DNA of 64,000 bases from a virus: the IMG/VR virus record IMGVR_UViG_3300021197_001442, positions 31,020-95,019 of that record. One strand, 5' to 3'. Under the pieces are notes generated by a model, which worked only from the letters and a program-made list of their open reading frames with translations, did no database searches and had not been told where the DNA came from. A program made the translations under genes and the position numbers. Shown in pieces: positions 51,376-60,993 of the stretch. Numbering within the stretch: the stretch's first letter is position 1; each line of letters starts with the position of its first letter.

Positions 51376-52212
51376 TTAAACTCTCTTTAATTCATCATAC
51401 ATGGCTTTAATTCCATATTCTAAACCTTTTAATTTTAAAGATAAGCCGTCTATTTTTTGGCTTGATCCAATATAAGATTTTGCAAGTCCTTCTTGATTTA
51501 GTATAATATTATGTGGGTTGTTTGTCAAGTATTTTATCATATTTCCTATATCAACCAAGGAGTGCTTTTTTCCGTAACACATATTGCAATCAAAAGGCTT
51601 TTCAAAGTCTTCTAAGAGAACATAATCTAATACTCGCAATAAATCCATAACCCAAAAAAAATCCATATGTTTGTTTTGGTGTATTTCTATAGGCAACCCA
51701 TTTAAGGACCTAACTAAATTGTTTTTTATAAACCTATTATTATTTTCATACAAGCCAAAACAACCAAATAATCTTAAATTGATAAACTTACCATTATTAT
51801 TTTTTATATCTTTAGCAATCAAATTCTTTGCTAATCCGTAATAATCTCTTGGGAAAGCATCTATGATCTCCTGTTCTCTGGCGCGTTGTACACCCAGATT
51901 CCTATCAAATGCCGCTCCTGAACAGAAGTTAATAACTTTCTTAAATCTGTCACTGTTTGATTTTATATTCTCATACATTTTTAGATTGGTGACAAAACTC
52001 TCAAGATCCTCCGTGTCGCCTCTCTTACCACCTCTTATCGCAGTGTGTATCACAACATCAGTTTTATTATATTGCAAGAATTCTTGTAGTTGGTCAGGAT
52101 GCGAAAGGTCTAAAGCACTACTTGTAGGGGAAAGAATATTATGTTTACCAGAGTAATGCTTTATTATATGTCTGCCCAAAAATCCACTGCCGCCTGTTAC
52201 TAATATATTCAT
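51376..52212 (-). CDS. NAD-dependent epimerase/reductase (extended SDR)
   Basis: TGGSGFLG, YGLAK and LRLFGCFG. Confidence 0.85.
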   Translation of the reverse strand: MNILVTGGSGFLGRHIIKHYSGKHNILSPTSSALDLSHPDQLQEFLQYNKTDVVIHTAIRGGKRGDTEDLESFVTNLKMYENIKSNSDRFKKVINFCSGAAFDRNLGVQRAREQEIIDAFPRDYYGLAKNLIAKDIKNNNGKFINLRLFGCFGLYENNNRFIKNNLVRSLNGLPIEIHQNKHMDFFWVMDLLRVLDYVLLEDFEKPFDCNMCYGKKHSLVDIGNMIKYLTNNPHNIILNQEGLAKSYIGSSQKIDGLSLKLKGLEYGIKAMYDELKRV

Positions 52213-52213
52213 A

Positions 52214-52696
52214 CTAGTTTCGTTTTAAATTAAAATAAGACGAACTTGATGTGTCCTTTATATATTTGCTAGCAAGTAAGCGCATCTCATCAACACTATC
52301 CGGCCAATAACAATCTATATTAGGCAGACATGACATGACTTGCTTATCTTCTTCAGCCCAATGAGAAAACCCAAGATATCCATAATCTTTATCCCTGCCG
52401 CCTCCTATTAGCTTAACAGGCCAGCCTTCATGGTCCAGATAGTTTCTTATATACTCAAAAGGTCGGTATAACAAGAAAGAGGTGATTGAATACACAACAG
52501 GTATTTTATTTTCCATAGCCATTCCTACTGCTGCGCCTAACATTAACTGCTCCGATGACCCCATATTATAAAATCTAGAGGGATAGTCAATTTTTATTTT
52601 ATCCCAAAGTCCGTATCCCAAGTCACCCGTTAGAAGAACTATTCTCTCGTCCTCTGACATGATTTCATGTAAAAGCTCACTAAACTGCTTTCTCAT
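52214..52696 (-). CDS. Transketolase-like pyrimidine-binding subunit
   Basis: LTGDLG, NMGSSEQ..LG.AVG, FLLYRPFEYIR; only 160 aa. Confidence 0.85.
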   Translation of the reverse strand: MRKQFSELLHEIMSEDERIVLLTGDLGYGLWDKIKIDYPSRFYNMGSSEQLMLGAAVGMAMENKIPVVYSITSFLLYRPFEYIRNYLDHEGWPVKLIGGGRDKDYGYLGFSHWAEEDKQVMSCLPNIDCYWPDSVDEMRLLASKYIKDTSSSSYFNLKRN

Positions 52697-53378
52697 TCAA
52701 CTCTCTCCTCTTGGTAATTAAAATTACTCTAGCTTCTTCATATTCTTGTTTTTTCATAATATGATAGTGAGCGTTTATCCCTCTTAAGAAAGAAAAATGA
52801 CCCACGCTTGTAAAATAAACCTTAATATCTGGCAAGAATGACTGTAGCCTCCTTACGAGGTACCTTGTGTCCACCGAATCATAAGCACAGTAGCCGTTCA
52901 CGTTAACGTGAACAGTTATATTTTTTATGTTGGCGTTGTGTATAAATGATAGTGATTCCCAAATAGATCCCTCAGCGCACTCTCCATCACTGATCAAGCA
53001 GTGAACGTTTTTAGATGGGTCGGCCAATGCTCTCCCTACTGCAACTGTCAAGCCCATACCAAGACTCCCTGTGGAGCAGTGGATTTCACAATCTTTATTG
53101 AAGTGGGGGTGGCCTCCTTGTAGCTCAAATAAGTGATCGGCTGATATAGCTTTATACTTCTCTAAAACACAATACAAGGCTACAGCACAATGCCCAGATG
53201 ACAAAATAAAGATATCCTTCGTATCTGAGATACTCATCTCTTGGTATATTTTATCTATAATATCGACACTAGAAAAATAGCTACCAAGGTGTGATAATTT
53301 ATTTTTATATGCAATATCTAAAATGCGAAGTTTTAAGTCACAATCACCTTCTAGGGGTTTAATTATGTTGGTTTCCAC
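52680..53378 (-). CDS. Transketolase-like N-terminal ThDP-binding subunit
   Basis: SHLGS, ILSSGH, GHP, STGSLGMG and SDGECAEGSIWE...N. Confidence 0.88.
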   Translation of the reverse strand: METNIIKPLEGDCDLKLRILDIAYKNKLSHLGSYFSSVDIIDKIYQEMSISDTKDIFILSSGHCAVALYCVLEKYKAISADHLFELQGGHPHFNKDCEIHCSTGSLGMGLTVAVGRALADPSKNVHCLISDGECAEGSIWESLSFIHNANIKNITVHVNVNGYCAYDSVDTRYLVRRLQSFLPDIKVYFTSVGHFSFLRGINAHYHIMKKQEYEEARVILITKRRELNEKAV

Positions 53379-54082
53379 TTTTCTCTCCAGTAGTCTTGTA
53401 TCATTTTTTCATAGTTGTTGGGGTCTTGATGCATTTCCCAAGTCGCTTGTTCCGGGTGCCATCTATAGTTATAACCCAAATATTGACCAGATGGATATAT
53501 GAATACATCGTTATCTGCTAGTCTACAATAAAGATCATAATCAGCAGCGCCGCTATATTTATCAGGGTATGTCTCTAGAAGGCCAGAGGTAAACAATTCT
53601 CTTGAATACACAGCCGTTGGACTCAAAACAGGACAACTAAGTAAGCACATATCTTTAAATTCTTGCAGTGTCCTATAGTATACAGCTGAGCTTCCCTCCC
53701 TCATACCAATGTTTTTAATTCCGCTTTGAAACGCTTTTATTCTACCTTTGCCAGCAGATATAAATGCCATGCAATTAGAAATATAACTACGCTCATATTT
53801 ATCATCTGCCGCCAAAGTAAAAAGGTAATCGCCGCTAGCTAAGCGAAAACCCTCTTGCCTTGGTTCATCCCAACACCTTTTATATATGTTTTTCGCAGAA
53901 GCTAATATTAAATTTGGATAATTAATTTTAATATCTTTTGCTATCTTGCAAGAATTATCTGTGCTCTCATTGTCGACAAATATAACTTCAAAAGACCCAT
54001 AGTCCTGCCTAAGGGCAGATAAAAGTGTTTCTTCTAGCCAGTTTTCTGCGTTGTAGCAGGGCACTATAATACTAGCTTTCAT
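53363..54082 (-). CDS. GT2 family glycosyltransferase
   Basis: SIIVPCYN, VDNESTD, AADD and DYDL. Start moved to 54082. Confidence 0.88.
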   Translation of the reverse strand: MKASIIVPCYNAENWLEETLLSALRQDYGSFEVIFVDNESTDNSCKIAKDIKINYPNLILASAKNIYKRCWDEPRQEGFRLASGDYLFTLAADDKYERSYISNCMAFISAGKGRIKAFQSGIKNIGMREGSSAVYYRTLQEFKDMCLLSCPVLSPTAVYSRELFTSGLLETYPDKYSGAADYDLYCRLADNDVFIYPSGQYLGYNYRWHPEQATWEMHQDPNNYEKMIQDYWREKWKPT

Positions 54083-54083
54083 C

Positions 54084-54983
54084 CTACCAAGACTCCATCT
54101 GTTTGGTTCTATTAATATAAGTGTGTTCTTCAAGTATGTATTTTCTATTAATCTGTCTAACCTGTGTGAGATCTTCTTGCAAGTTTTGCTTAATTAAATT
54201 ACACATATCATCAGGATTATCACAAACAGCAACTGCTGGGAAGAGCCTTTCTAATTGCAATACTTTATCGCTGATGAGAAAACCATTTAGCCCTAGAGAT
54301 TTGAATGTCCTCTCGTTAGTATCATACCCTAAGCTTCTTTGATATGCATCATGAATATTGATTGATATTCTAGAGTTTGATAAAATTTTATTTTCTTGCT
54401 GGTGCGTTAAATTTCTATTGATGAATATACCACTTTTAATATCCATTTTTCTAATTTTAGAAAAAAAATCTAGCATTATTTTTCTTTTTTCATTGAAGCC
54501 ATTGTTGGCCCAGCCGCCTATGTAACAAATATCAAATTGATAGTCTTCATCAATATCTATTTGATAGCTCAAAGAATCGAATGCTAATGGAAGAGTATTA
54601 ACTTGATCCCACTTATAGTAATGTGGATTAATGTCTGCGAAGGTCCACAAGTGAACGTTAGCCAAACCATTAAGAGCCTCTATATACGCATCCGAACATA
54701 AGCTTACAAAGTTTGGATGAGAGCCCCAAGGCTTAGGAAAAGCATTTGGCTGTACGTAAACAAACGACTTTATGGAGTTTGCTAGTACCTCTAAGCCTTG
54801 AGGTGTCTTTACATCTCCATCCAACGCCATGACATAATACCTTTGCGCTTCAAATTTAAGTTCTTCTAGATTATTATATAGTTTAACGTGAAACCCCATA
54901 CTTTCCCACGCCAACCTATATCCTGTGTAGATCCACTTGCCAGCGTATGCGTCGTGATTTTTAATGTAAACTATCACAGTCAC
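54084..54983 (-). CDS. GT-B glycosyltransferase (CgeB/YkvP-like)
   Basis: DICYIG, SRISINIH and NERTFKSLG..GFLISD. Confidence 0.75.
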   Translation of the reverse strand: MTVIVYIKNHDAYAGKWIYTGYRLAWESMGFHVKLYNNLEELKFEAQRYYVMALDGDVKTPQGLEVLANSIKSFVYVQPNAFPKPWGSHPNFVSLCSDAYIEALNGLANVHLWTFADINPHYYKWDQVNTLPLAFDSLSYQIDIDEDYQFDICYIGGWANNGFNEKRKIMLDFFSKIRKMDIKSGIFINRNLTHQQENKILSNSRISINIHDAYQRSLGYDTNERTFKSLGLNGFLISDKVLQLERLFPAVAVCDNPDDMCNLIKQNLQEDLTQVRQINRKYILEEHTYINRTKQMESW

Positions 54984-55882
54984 AATTCCTTGATTTTATT
55001 AATTACTTCTTCCAGTCTCATAATAGAATCATGTTGTTTTAAAAATCTTTTATGTCCATTTTTAGCTATTGATTTAACCACCTTTGGCCTATCAGCAAGA
55101 AACTTAATTTTTTTGCAAAATTCATCTTGACTGCGAAACGTGATTATTTCTTTATCTATCTCATAAAATTCTTCTATGCCTTCATGATACTCTGTCATAA
55201 GCATCCCTGCACCTGCCGGGACCTCAAACATCCTCTGCTTCATCTGTGTCTTTCTCATGGGATCATTATCGTTAACACTAAAATTTATACCTATCTTACT
55301 TCTTGAATAGGTTTTAAAAAGTTCTTTCGTATCTATGCCAAAGATGTTGGTGACTGGGGTCGGAGACGATTCAATAAATTGTTTTCTTGAGTGAGTTGGA
55401 TTACCTAAAAAACAAACATTGATGTCCTTACTATCAAAGTCTATGCTTGGGTAAAATGAAGAATTAGAATGCCAATTAGCAAGTATGATATTATCATATC
55501 CATCTAATTTATACTTTTGAACGTAGCTTGGCTCTGGGGTTGAACACACCGCAAAGTTCTTACATACTTTGCTTGAAAAAGAATTATACCTCCATGTGTC
55601 ATCGCAAAACCAGTTAAATGTCTTTGTTCTACCTGTAATTGTTTCGTTTAAAATTTCAGACCAAGGCTCGTAAGGAGCTATATTCCTATCCCCGGTAAAG
55701 CAACAAAATATTAAATCAGGCTTATATGCTTCTAATACTTTGTTAAAACCAGCAGTGTCTGGCTTAACTGTATCGTACCATAACACATCATGACCCAACT
55801 GTTTGAGAGGTTCATAAACATACCAATATCCTAGATCAGGAAACCCTCGGTATGTTTTGTTTGTGGTTAAAAGTATTTTCAT
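54980..55882 (-). CDS. GT-B glycosyltransferase (CgeB/YkvP-like)
   Basis: WFCDD, VCFLG, SKIGINF and KQRMFEVP. Confidence 0.78.
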   Translation of the reverse strand: MKILLTTNKTYRGFPDLGYWYVYEPLKQLGHDVLWYDTVKPDTAGFNKVLEAYKPDLIFCCFTGDRNIAPYEPWSEILNETITGRTKTFNWFCDDTWRYNSFSSKVCKNFAVCSTPEPSYVQKYKLDGYDNIILANWHSNSSFYPSIDFDSKDINVCFLGNPTHSRKQFIESSPTPVTNIFGIDTKELFKTYSRSKIGINFSVNDNDPMRKTQMKQRMFEVPAGAGMLMTEYHEGIEEFYEIDKEIITFRSQDEFCKKIKFLADRPKVVKSIAKNGHKRFLKQHDSIMRLEEVINKIKEL

Positions 55883-56715
55883 TTTACGTAGCTTTCTACC
55901 GTATCAATAATATCATATTGTTTAGTACGCATATATTCAATTAAGTCAAGACCTTTTTTTGAAAACCAGTCTTCATGAATAGCTCCTATATTGTTGGTTG
56001 TTTTTGTAGCCATCCCCATCATCCTGGCCTCTACAACGACCCTAGAAAGGGTCTCTGGTGTCTCGGGAAAGAATACTAGCGTAGAACGGGAGCCAAGCTC
56101 TCTGAGGAACGTGGTAGGCTCTAGGGGTGGTATCACGTCATACTTTAGCCCTAGGGCTTTACAATATTTGATGGCCCCTAAAGTATTTTTATGTTTAGTA
56201 TTCGACATAATTATTGCATGTCTGTCTTGCCTCAGCGGTTCTTTACAAATCTCTTCTAAAAAACCTAAGTGCTCGTCCGACCACAGATTGCCACCTAGAC
56301 TTATAATATTGTCTAATTCAAGATTTTTTCTTGCTATGTTCGCATGAAACTGGCTCTGGCACAGAATAGCCTTCGCATTTGCATAAAATTGTCTATTAAT
56401 AATATGCTCTTTAGGAGCATGATACTCCGGGTAAATCCCTGGATTTCTACCAGGGAGATACTTGTGATCGTGCTCATAAATGATATAGTTTCTACTTTGT
56501 AGATCTTTTTTGTTCTCTTCAGAAAGATTAGCAAAATTTGAAACAATAATGTTCTCATTGTATAACAAATATATGTGTTTAACGAGGTGGCTATTAACTG
56601 CACGAACAGTGTGGCCACGCTCATAAAGCTTCTCCATCAAGACTTTGTTATTTAATTCTCCCCCCCCAGGTACTTGGTCTGCGAAGAAGTCCGCTATAAA
56701 AAGTATATTAGCCAT
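55879..56715 (-). CDS. GT4-like glycosyltransferase
   Basis: PGGGE, EHDH and ETLSRVVVEARMMG (E-x7-E motif). Confidence 0.7.
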   Translation of the reverse strand: MANILFIADFFADQVPGGGELNNKVLMEKLYERGHTVRAVNSHLVKHIYLLYNENIIVSNFANLSEENKKDLQSRNYIIYEHDHKYLPGRNPGIYPEYHAPKEHIINRQFYANAKAILCQSQFHANIARKNLELDNIISLGGNLWSDEHLGFLEEICKEPLRQDRHAIIMSNTKHKNTLGAIKYCKALGLKYDVIPPLEPTTFLRELGSRSTLVFFPETPETLSRVVVEARMMGMATKTTNNIGAIHEDWFSKKGLDLIEYMRTKQYDIIDTVESYVK

Positions 56716-57967
56716 GCTCTACCAAATCAGGAGATAGCGACTCTAGCCAGTTCTCAACATCAAAAGACTCACCGTATACTGAGTCGGCAAATAGCTCGTG
56801 CTGCTTAGCAGAATCAAATTCCTTACGAACCCAACTTCGGAGAGTTTTAGCTCTCTTCTTCCAGCTATCGTAATTCTTTCGAACTTGCCTCAGTCTCATC
56901 TTATAATGGCCTTCATGTGGATAACACCACATACTATCTTTTTGAACCACGCCATCCCAGACAGCAAAATCCTGTACTGGTGCAATGTCATAGTTAACAT
57001 CGGCAAACATTGCTTTTTTCTTGCCATTCTTCTGGGGCATGTACAGGAAGTCACAGTGACCCGACCACCCTGGGGCTATAACTGGTACCCCATGGCATAC
57101 AGCATCAAAAATAGGCAGGCCAAAACCCTCACCGTGGCTAAGATTAATCAGTGCCTTCACCTTCTTGTGTGTGTATAGAGACTGCATCTGTGCTTCTGTG
57201 AGATCACCATGAAGTAGGTATATATTACACTTTGCATCGTCAGGTAGAAAACTATTTATGATTGCACTTAAATTCTTGTGGGTGTGCTCTCTATCCATTA
57301 TAGAATTATTTTTTAATGATGTCTTAATTATTAGCCCAACTTCTTGATCATAGTTTTCTTCAACCCACCACTTTACAGAGTTCTCCATATTCTTTCTAGG
57401 TCCCCACTGGGAAACCATCAGGTAATTGAAATCATGCTTTAGCTTAATACCTAGATTATCAGGCTTTTCATCCTTTACGGGGTAATGTACTATCTCAACT
57501 GGAACTTCGCACTTAAGAGTCATAGGCTGCTTAGTATCTCTATGCATGCCCTGATACACTGTGTTTTCTAGCACTTGCTTAGAGTGTTCCGAGATTGTAA
57601 TTACCTTGTCCATCATGTTGCAACGCTCCAGCCATACTGGCGCTACCTTGGTCGTCTCTATGCCTGCTGTGACGCCCACGTTGTACGGAGCTATCCTCTC
57701 CCACTCATTAGGTATGGAGACCTGCACAGACATATCAAATTGGCCTCCTGACTGAGAATAGTGGTGCGTCTTTAGGATGATCTCATCCATCCACTTTCTT
57801 TCTTCAGTATCTTCGGAGAGCCAGCCAGTCTGCCCCCAGTTAACAGAAATCAGATAGACATCAAACTTATCCGGATTTGCTCTTAAAGATCGGAGGAGAA
57901 AACGAGTGTGTTCACCATACCCGGACTGAGTTAGCGCTGGACCTCTTACTATAACTTTCTTGATCAT
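56708..57967 (-). CDS. GT4 family glycosyltransferase
   Basis: SGYG, PRKN and SHGEGFGLPIFDA. Start moved to 57967 (AAGGAG SD). Confidence 0.85.
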   Translation of the reverse strand: MIKKVIVRGPALTQSGYGEHTRFLLRSLRANPDKFDVYLISVNWGQTGWLSEDTEERKWMDEIILKTHHYSQSGGQFDMSVQVSIPNEWERIAPYNVGVTAGIETTKVAPVWLERCNMMDKVITISEHSKQVLENTVYQGMHRDTKQPMTLKCEVPVEIVHYPVKDEKPDNLGIKLKHDFNYLMVSQWGPRKNMENSVKWWVEENYDQEVGLIIKTSLKNNSIMDREHTHKNLSAIINSFLPDDAKCNIYLLHGDLTEAQMQSLYTHKKVKALINLSHGEGFGLPIFDAVCHGVPVIAPGWSGHCDFLYMPQKNGKKKAMFADVNYDIAPVQDFAVWDGVVQKDSMWCYPHEGHYKMRLRQVRKNYDSWKKRAKTLRSWVRKEFDSAKQHELFADSVYGESFDVENWLESLSPDLVEHG

Positions 57968-59223
57968 GTTAACTCCTTCAGTTCCCAACTCTTATGGTTT
58001 CTTCTATTTTCCCAAGAACCGTGCTTTTCATGCACTTCTGTCATTATCTTTACCCAGCCTTCACAATACTCTTCAAAGCTGTAATTATTCTCAACATGCT
58101 GTCTGCCCTTTCTACCCAACTCCTTTCGTTCTTCGGGAGTCATATTGTACATTTTATGTAGTGCAGCCTTAAAGTCTTCTTTACTTATGCGATCTTCGTA
58201 GATGTACGGCACTTGCTGGGAGCCTATAACAGTTTTTGATGAAGGCTCAATACCAATGCCGAACCAATCTTTGCCATCCGTCACTTGCTCTTGCAGGCCA
58301 CCAGTCATTGTAACAACGATAGGTGTCTCGCATGAAAGAGATTCTAGTGTGGCTAGGCCAAAACCTTCAGCGTCAGAAATATTGATAGTGCATGAAGCCA
58401 TATTATACATATCTGATAGGATCTGTGGTGGGACCTTAGAACTAGAAATCATCATAGTGCCATCGTTTCCTAGCTTCTCTATGATGTGCTGAAGGGGCTG
58501 CCCATGTATGTCATTAGGATCAGTATGCATGATTAGACGAACATTGTCACGCCCCACTTCATTTGCGAATTCGTCAAACCAGAATAAGAGAGAGCCACTT
58601 TGTTTTCTACGTGCATTTCTGTTATTCCAAAAGAATAACATTCTGTCATCTTTGTCCTGCGAGAAGTTGTTCTTCTTTAACTCTTTAATCTCTTCGTCTG
58701 CCTTCGGCTTAAAGATGCTTGAGTCAACAGCGTGAGGATGATATATATTTTCAACTTCTGGTGCTGCTTCTGCTACAACATCTCTTGTAACCTTAGAAAT
58801 CGAAACGATTAGATCGTTAGATAAGTAGAATGGTCGGTTAAACATCGGCGCAGGGTGGTTATCCCAAACGTGATAATATACCATCGGAATTAGTGGACGA
58901 ATTTCATTTTCGACAAACCACAACCACTCGTAGAACCTTGGGTCCGTCATAAACCACAGAATATCTGGTCTTTCGTTTCTTATGATAGACCTAATTTTCT
59001 CTGCGTCTCCATAGCCGTCAACAGGGATAACCATCCAATCATCTTCGTATGGGGCTATCTTTTGGGCCTCATACTTATCATGCTTCATAGCTCCGCCCAA
59101 ACAAATAAATTGAAACTTTCCAGTCTTTAGGAGAGCTTCAATAAAATATTTTGTTTGGGTTCCAACACCAGATGGTGACAGCGGGTGGTCTGACAATGTC
59201 AGAATCTTTATTTTCTTATCCAT
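57964..59223 (-). CDS. GT4 family glycosyltransferase
   Basis: PSGVG, NRNARRK and AEGFGLATLESL. Confidence 0.88.
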   Translation of the reverse strand: MDKKIKILTLSDHPLSPSGVGTQTKYFIEALLKTGKFQFICLGGAMKHDKYEAQKIAPYEDDWMVIPVDGYGDAEKIRSIIRNERPDILWFMTDPRFYEWLWFVENEIRPLIPMVYYHVWDNHPAPMFNRPFYLSNDLIVSISKVTRDVVAEAAPEVENIYHPHAVDSSIFKPKADEEIKELKKNNFSQDKDDRMLFFWNNRNARRKQSGSLLFWFDEFANEVGRDNVRLIMHTDPNDIHGQPLQHIIEKLGNDGTMMISSSKVPPQILSDMYNMASCTINISDAEGFGLATLESLSCETPIVVTMTGGLQEQVTDGKDWFGIGIEPSSKTVIGSQQVPYIYEDRISKEDFKAALHKMYNMTPEERKELGRKGRQHVENNYSFEEYCEGWVKIMTEVHEKHGSWENRRNHKSWELKELT

Positions 59224-59230
59224 TAATTCC

Positions 59231-60004
59231 TCAGGGGCAATGTTCCGTTTCGCGGAACTGGCAAAACTTACAAGATAATCTATTTTTGATGTATCTTTTC
59301 TTTCCTATATTATAAAGCGCTTTGTCCAGAAAGTCAAGTGAATTTTTTGTTTTTCTTTCCCCGCTTGTGACACGGAATAACTCAATCCTATTTTTCTTAG
59401 CTGTGCGCTTGATTAGTCCAAAGTGTGTAGATACAGTTCTTGGGTTTAGATTTAACTTCTTGGAGTAGTAATGCTTGTATAGCACAAGTTGCCTAACATA
59501 GAGTATGTCTGCTTTCTTTCTGGCATTCCATCCCCATGAACAGGTCTTCCAGTCAATAACATGGTAGTGGCCATTCCCATCTTTTATAACAAGGTCTATA
59601 AACCCCTTAAAATCATAACCTTGGATTCTAGACTCTGTAATTGGCTCTCTAAGTGACTCTTCCGTGGCCACTAAGGACCAACCACCCTTGTCCTTAAAAC
59701 ACTCATCTAGTGAGGGCTCGACTAATTCAAAAATGCCTTCCACTTGTTTTCGCATTTCTTTTTCTAACTCAGAGCCTAGAGGTACACCAGCTTCAGACAG
59801 TTCCTTATCAAATACTTTATGAAAATATTCATATGGGTCAGTGATATTACCAAGAAGCATCTGTTCTATGGTTTCGTGGACTGCGGTCCCAAAGGAAGTA
59901 TGCTCGTTTCCTTCAAAGGCTCTGAGGCGATCAACATAAAGAAGCTTGTGTCTCCATGTACACTCAGACCAGTTTTTCAGTTCAGAATAAGAAATGTGGG
60001 GCAA
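59231..60004 (-). CDS. Cas4/RecB-like PD-(D/E)XK exonuclease with a probable Fe-S cluster
   Basis: SYS...C, GTAVH, GFIDLV, IDWKT, QLVLY and C-terminal CKFC...C. Confidence 0.85.
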   Translation of the reverse strand: MPHISYSELKNWSECTWRHKLLYVDRLRAFEGNEHTSFGTAVHETIEQMLLGNITDPYEYFHKVFDKELSEAGVPLGSELEKEMRKQVEGIFELVEPSLDECFKDKGGWSLVATEESLREPITESRIQGYDFKGFIDLVIKDGNGHYHVIDWKTCSWGWNARKKADILYVRQLVLYKHYYSKKLNLNPRTVSTHFGLIKRTAKKNRIELFRVTSGERKTKNSLDFLDKALYNIGKKRYIKNRLSCKFCQFRETEHCP

Positions 60005-60005
60005 T

Positions 60006-60704
60006 CTAAACCTCGTCTACATTACAAACCATCGCAACTTTTTCATATGCTACGGGGCTTATTCTTTTAACATATGATGAATTTTCTAGCAAGTAGTGCT
60101 CTAATGCAGTGGCAAAGTACTCTCTGATGCTTGTCACAGCATAGGGCCTGATGAATAACCCAGTGCAGAAGGTCTCTAGCTTATCATACCCCAGCTTTTT
60201 ATAAAGAAAATCATCTAACTCTTTTGTATATTCTAACTCCGTAAATGATACCTGCTCGTTATCTGTGAGGTATCCATACTCATATATTAAATCTCTAAGT
60301 CTCTTTCTTTTTCCAAGAAATTCCTGTTGTATCTTGTTGTCAGAATATATTTCTCTTGCATATACATCTTCCGCAGCATGTGCCAATTCATGTATTAAGT
60401 CGTCGATCATGTCAGCGTCATTATCTTGATCGTTTGAGACAAATATAGCACCGTCGCGATACATAGCATTTACTTGCTTTTCTTCAAACTCTTTAAATTT
60501 ACCAACGTAAAAGGCATCAACCTCGTTTGCTATTTGGAAAGGAATCTTTTCTTCTACCTTTTTTAATACATTTAAAATATCAATGTTTTCTGGTAGTGGG
60601 TCTTTGATAAATAGATCTATGGTCCCAAAAATTTTAAATTGCTTCTGACTCCGGGCACTCTTCTCAGAGGATTCTTTTATAAAGCCTTGTAACTTATTGG
60701 GCAT
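60006..60704 (-). CDS. Putative zincin metallopeptidase-like protein
   Basis: HELAH followed by a downstream REYFA. Confidence 0.6.
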   Translation of the reverse strand: MPNKLQGFIKESSEKSARSQKQFKIFGTIDLFIKDPLPENIDILNVLKKVEEKIPFQIANEVDAFYVGKFKEFEEKQVNAMYRDGAIFVSNDQDNDADMIDDLIHELAHAAEDVYAREIYSDNKIQQEFLGKRKRLRDLIYEYGYLTDNEQVSFTELEYTKELDDFLYKKLGYDKLETFCTGLFIRPYAVTSIREYFATALEHYLLENSSYVKRISPVAYEKVAMVCNVDEV

Positions 60705-60943
60705 TACTCTTCCTCATCAAAATATCTTAGATCTTCAAGTCCTTGCTCATAGCCTCTAATATAATTTTCCTCAACAAGGGGAAGAACCACTTCCGGTAGT
60801 TCATCTGCTAAAACATTTATAATCATTTCCACAGTCACTTGATTATCTTCTGGGTTCAACAGATTACCAACATAATCAACAATATACTCTCTTAGTTCTG
60901 TTGTAGTATCAGAATTATCCATAACCGTTTTTTCCAAACTCAT
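60704..60943 (-). CDS. Hypothetical acidic protein
   Basis: 79-aa ORF with an AGGAG SD, first gene after a consensus promoter. Confidence 0.6.
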   Translation of the reverse strand: MSLEKTVMDNSDTTTELREYIVDYVGNLLNPEDNQVTVEMIINVLADELPEVVLPLVEENYIRGYEQGLEDLRYFDEEE

Positions 60944-60959
60944 TTCGACTCCTACTCTA

Positions 60960-60987
60960 ATTATAACATCCTAAAAAGGAATGTCAA
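60960..60987 (-). promoter_or_regulatory. Consensus sigma70 promoter
   Basis: Intergenic TTGACA (60987-60982), 16-nt spacer ending in TGt, then TATAAT (60965-60960). Confidence 0.85.
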
Positions 60988-60993
60988 TAGATT

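Noticed and set aside
59231-60004. CRISPR-Cas system suggested by the Cas4-like gene
   Set aside because: No repeat-spacer array and no other cas genes were seen in the window.
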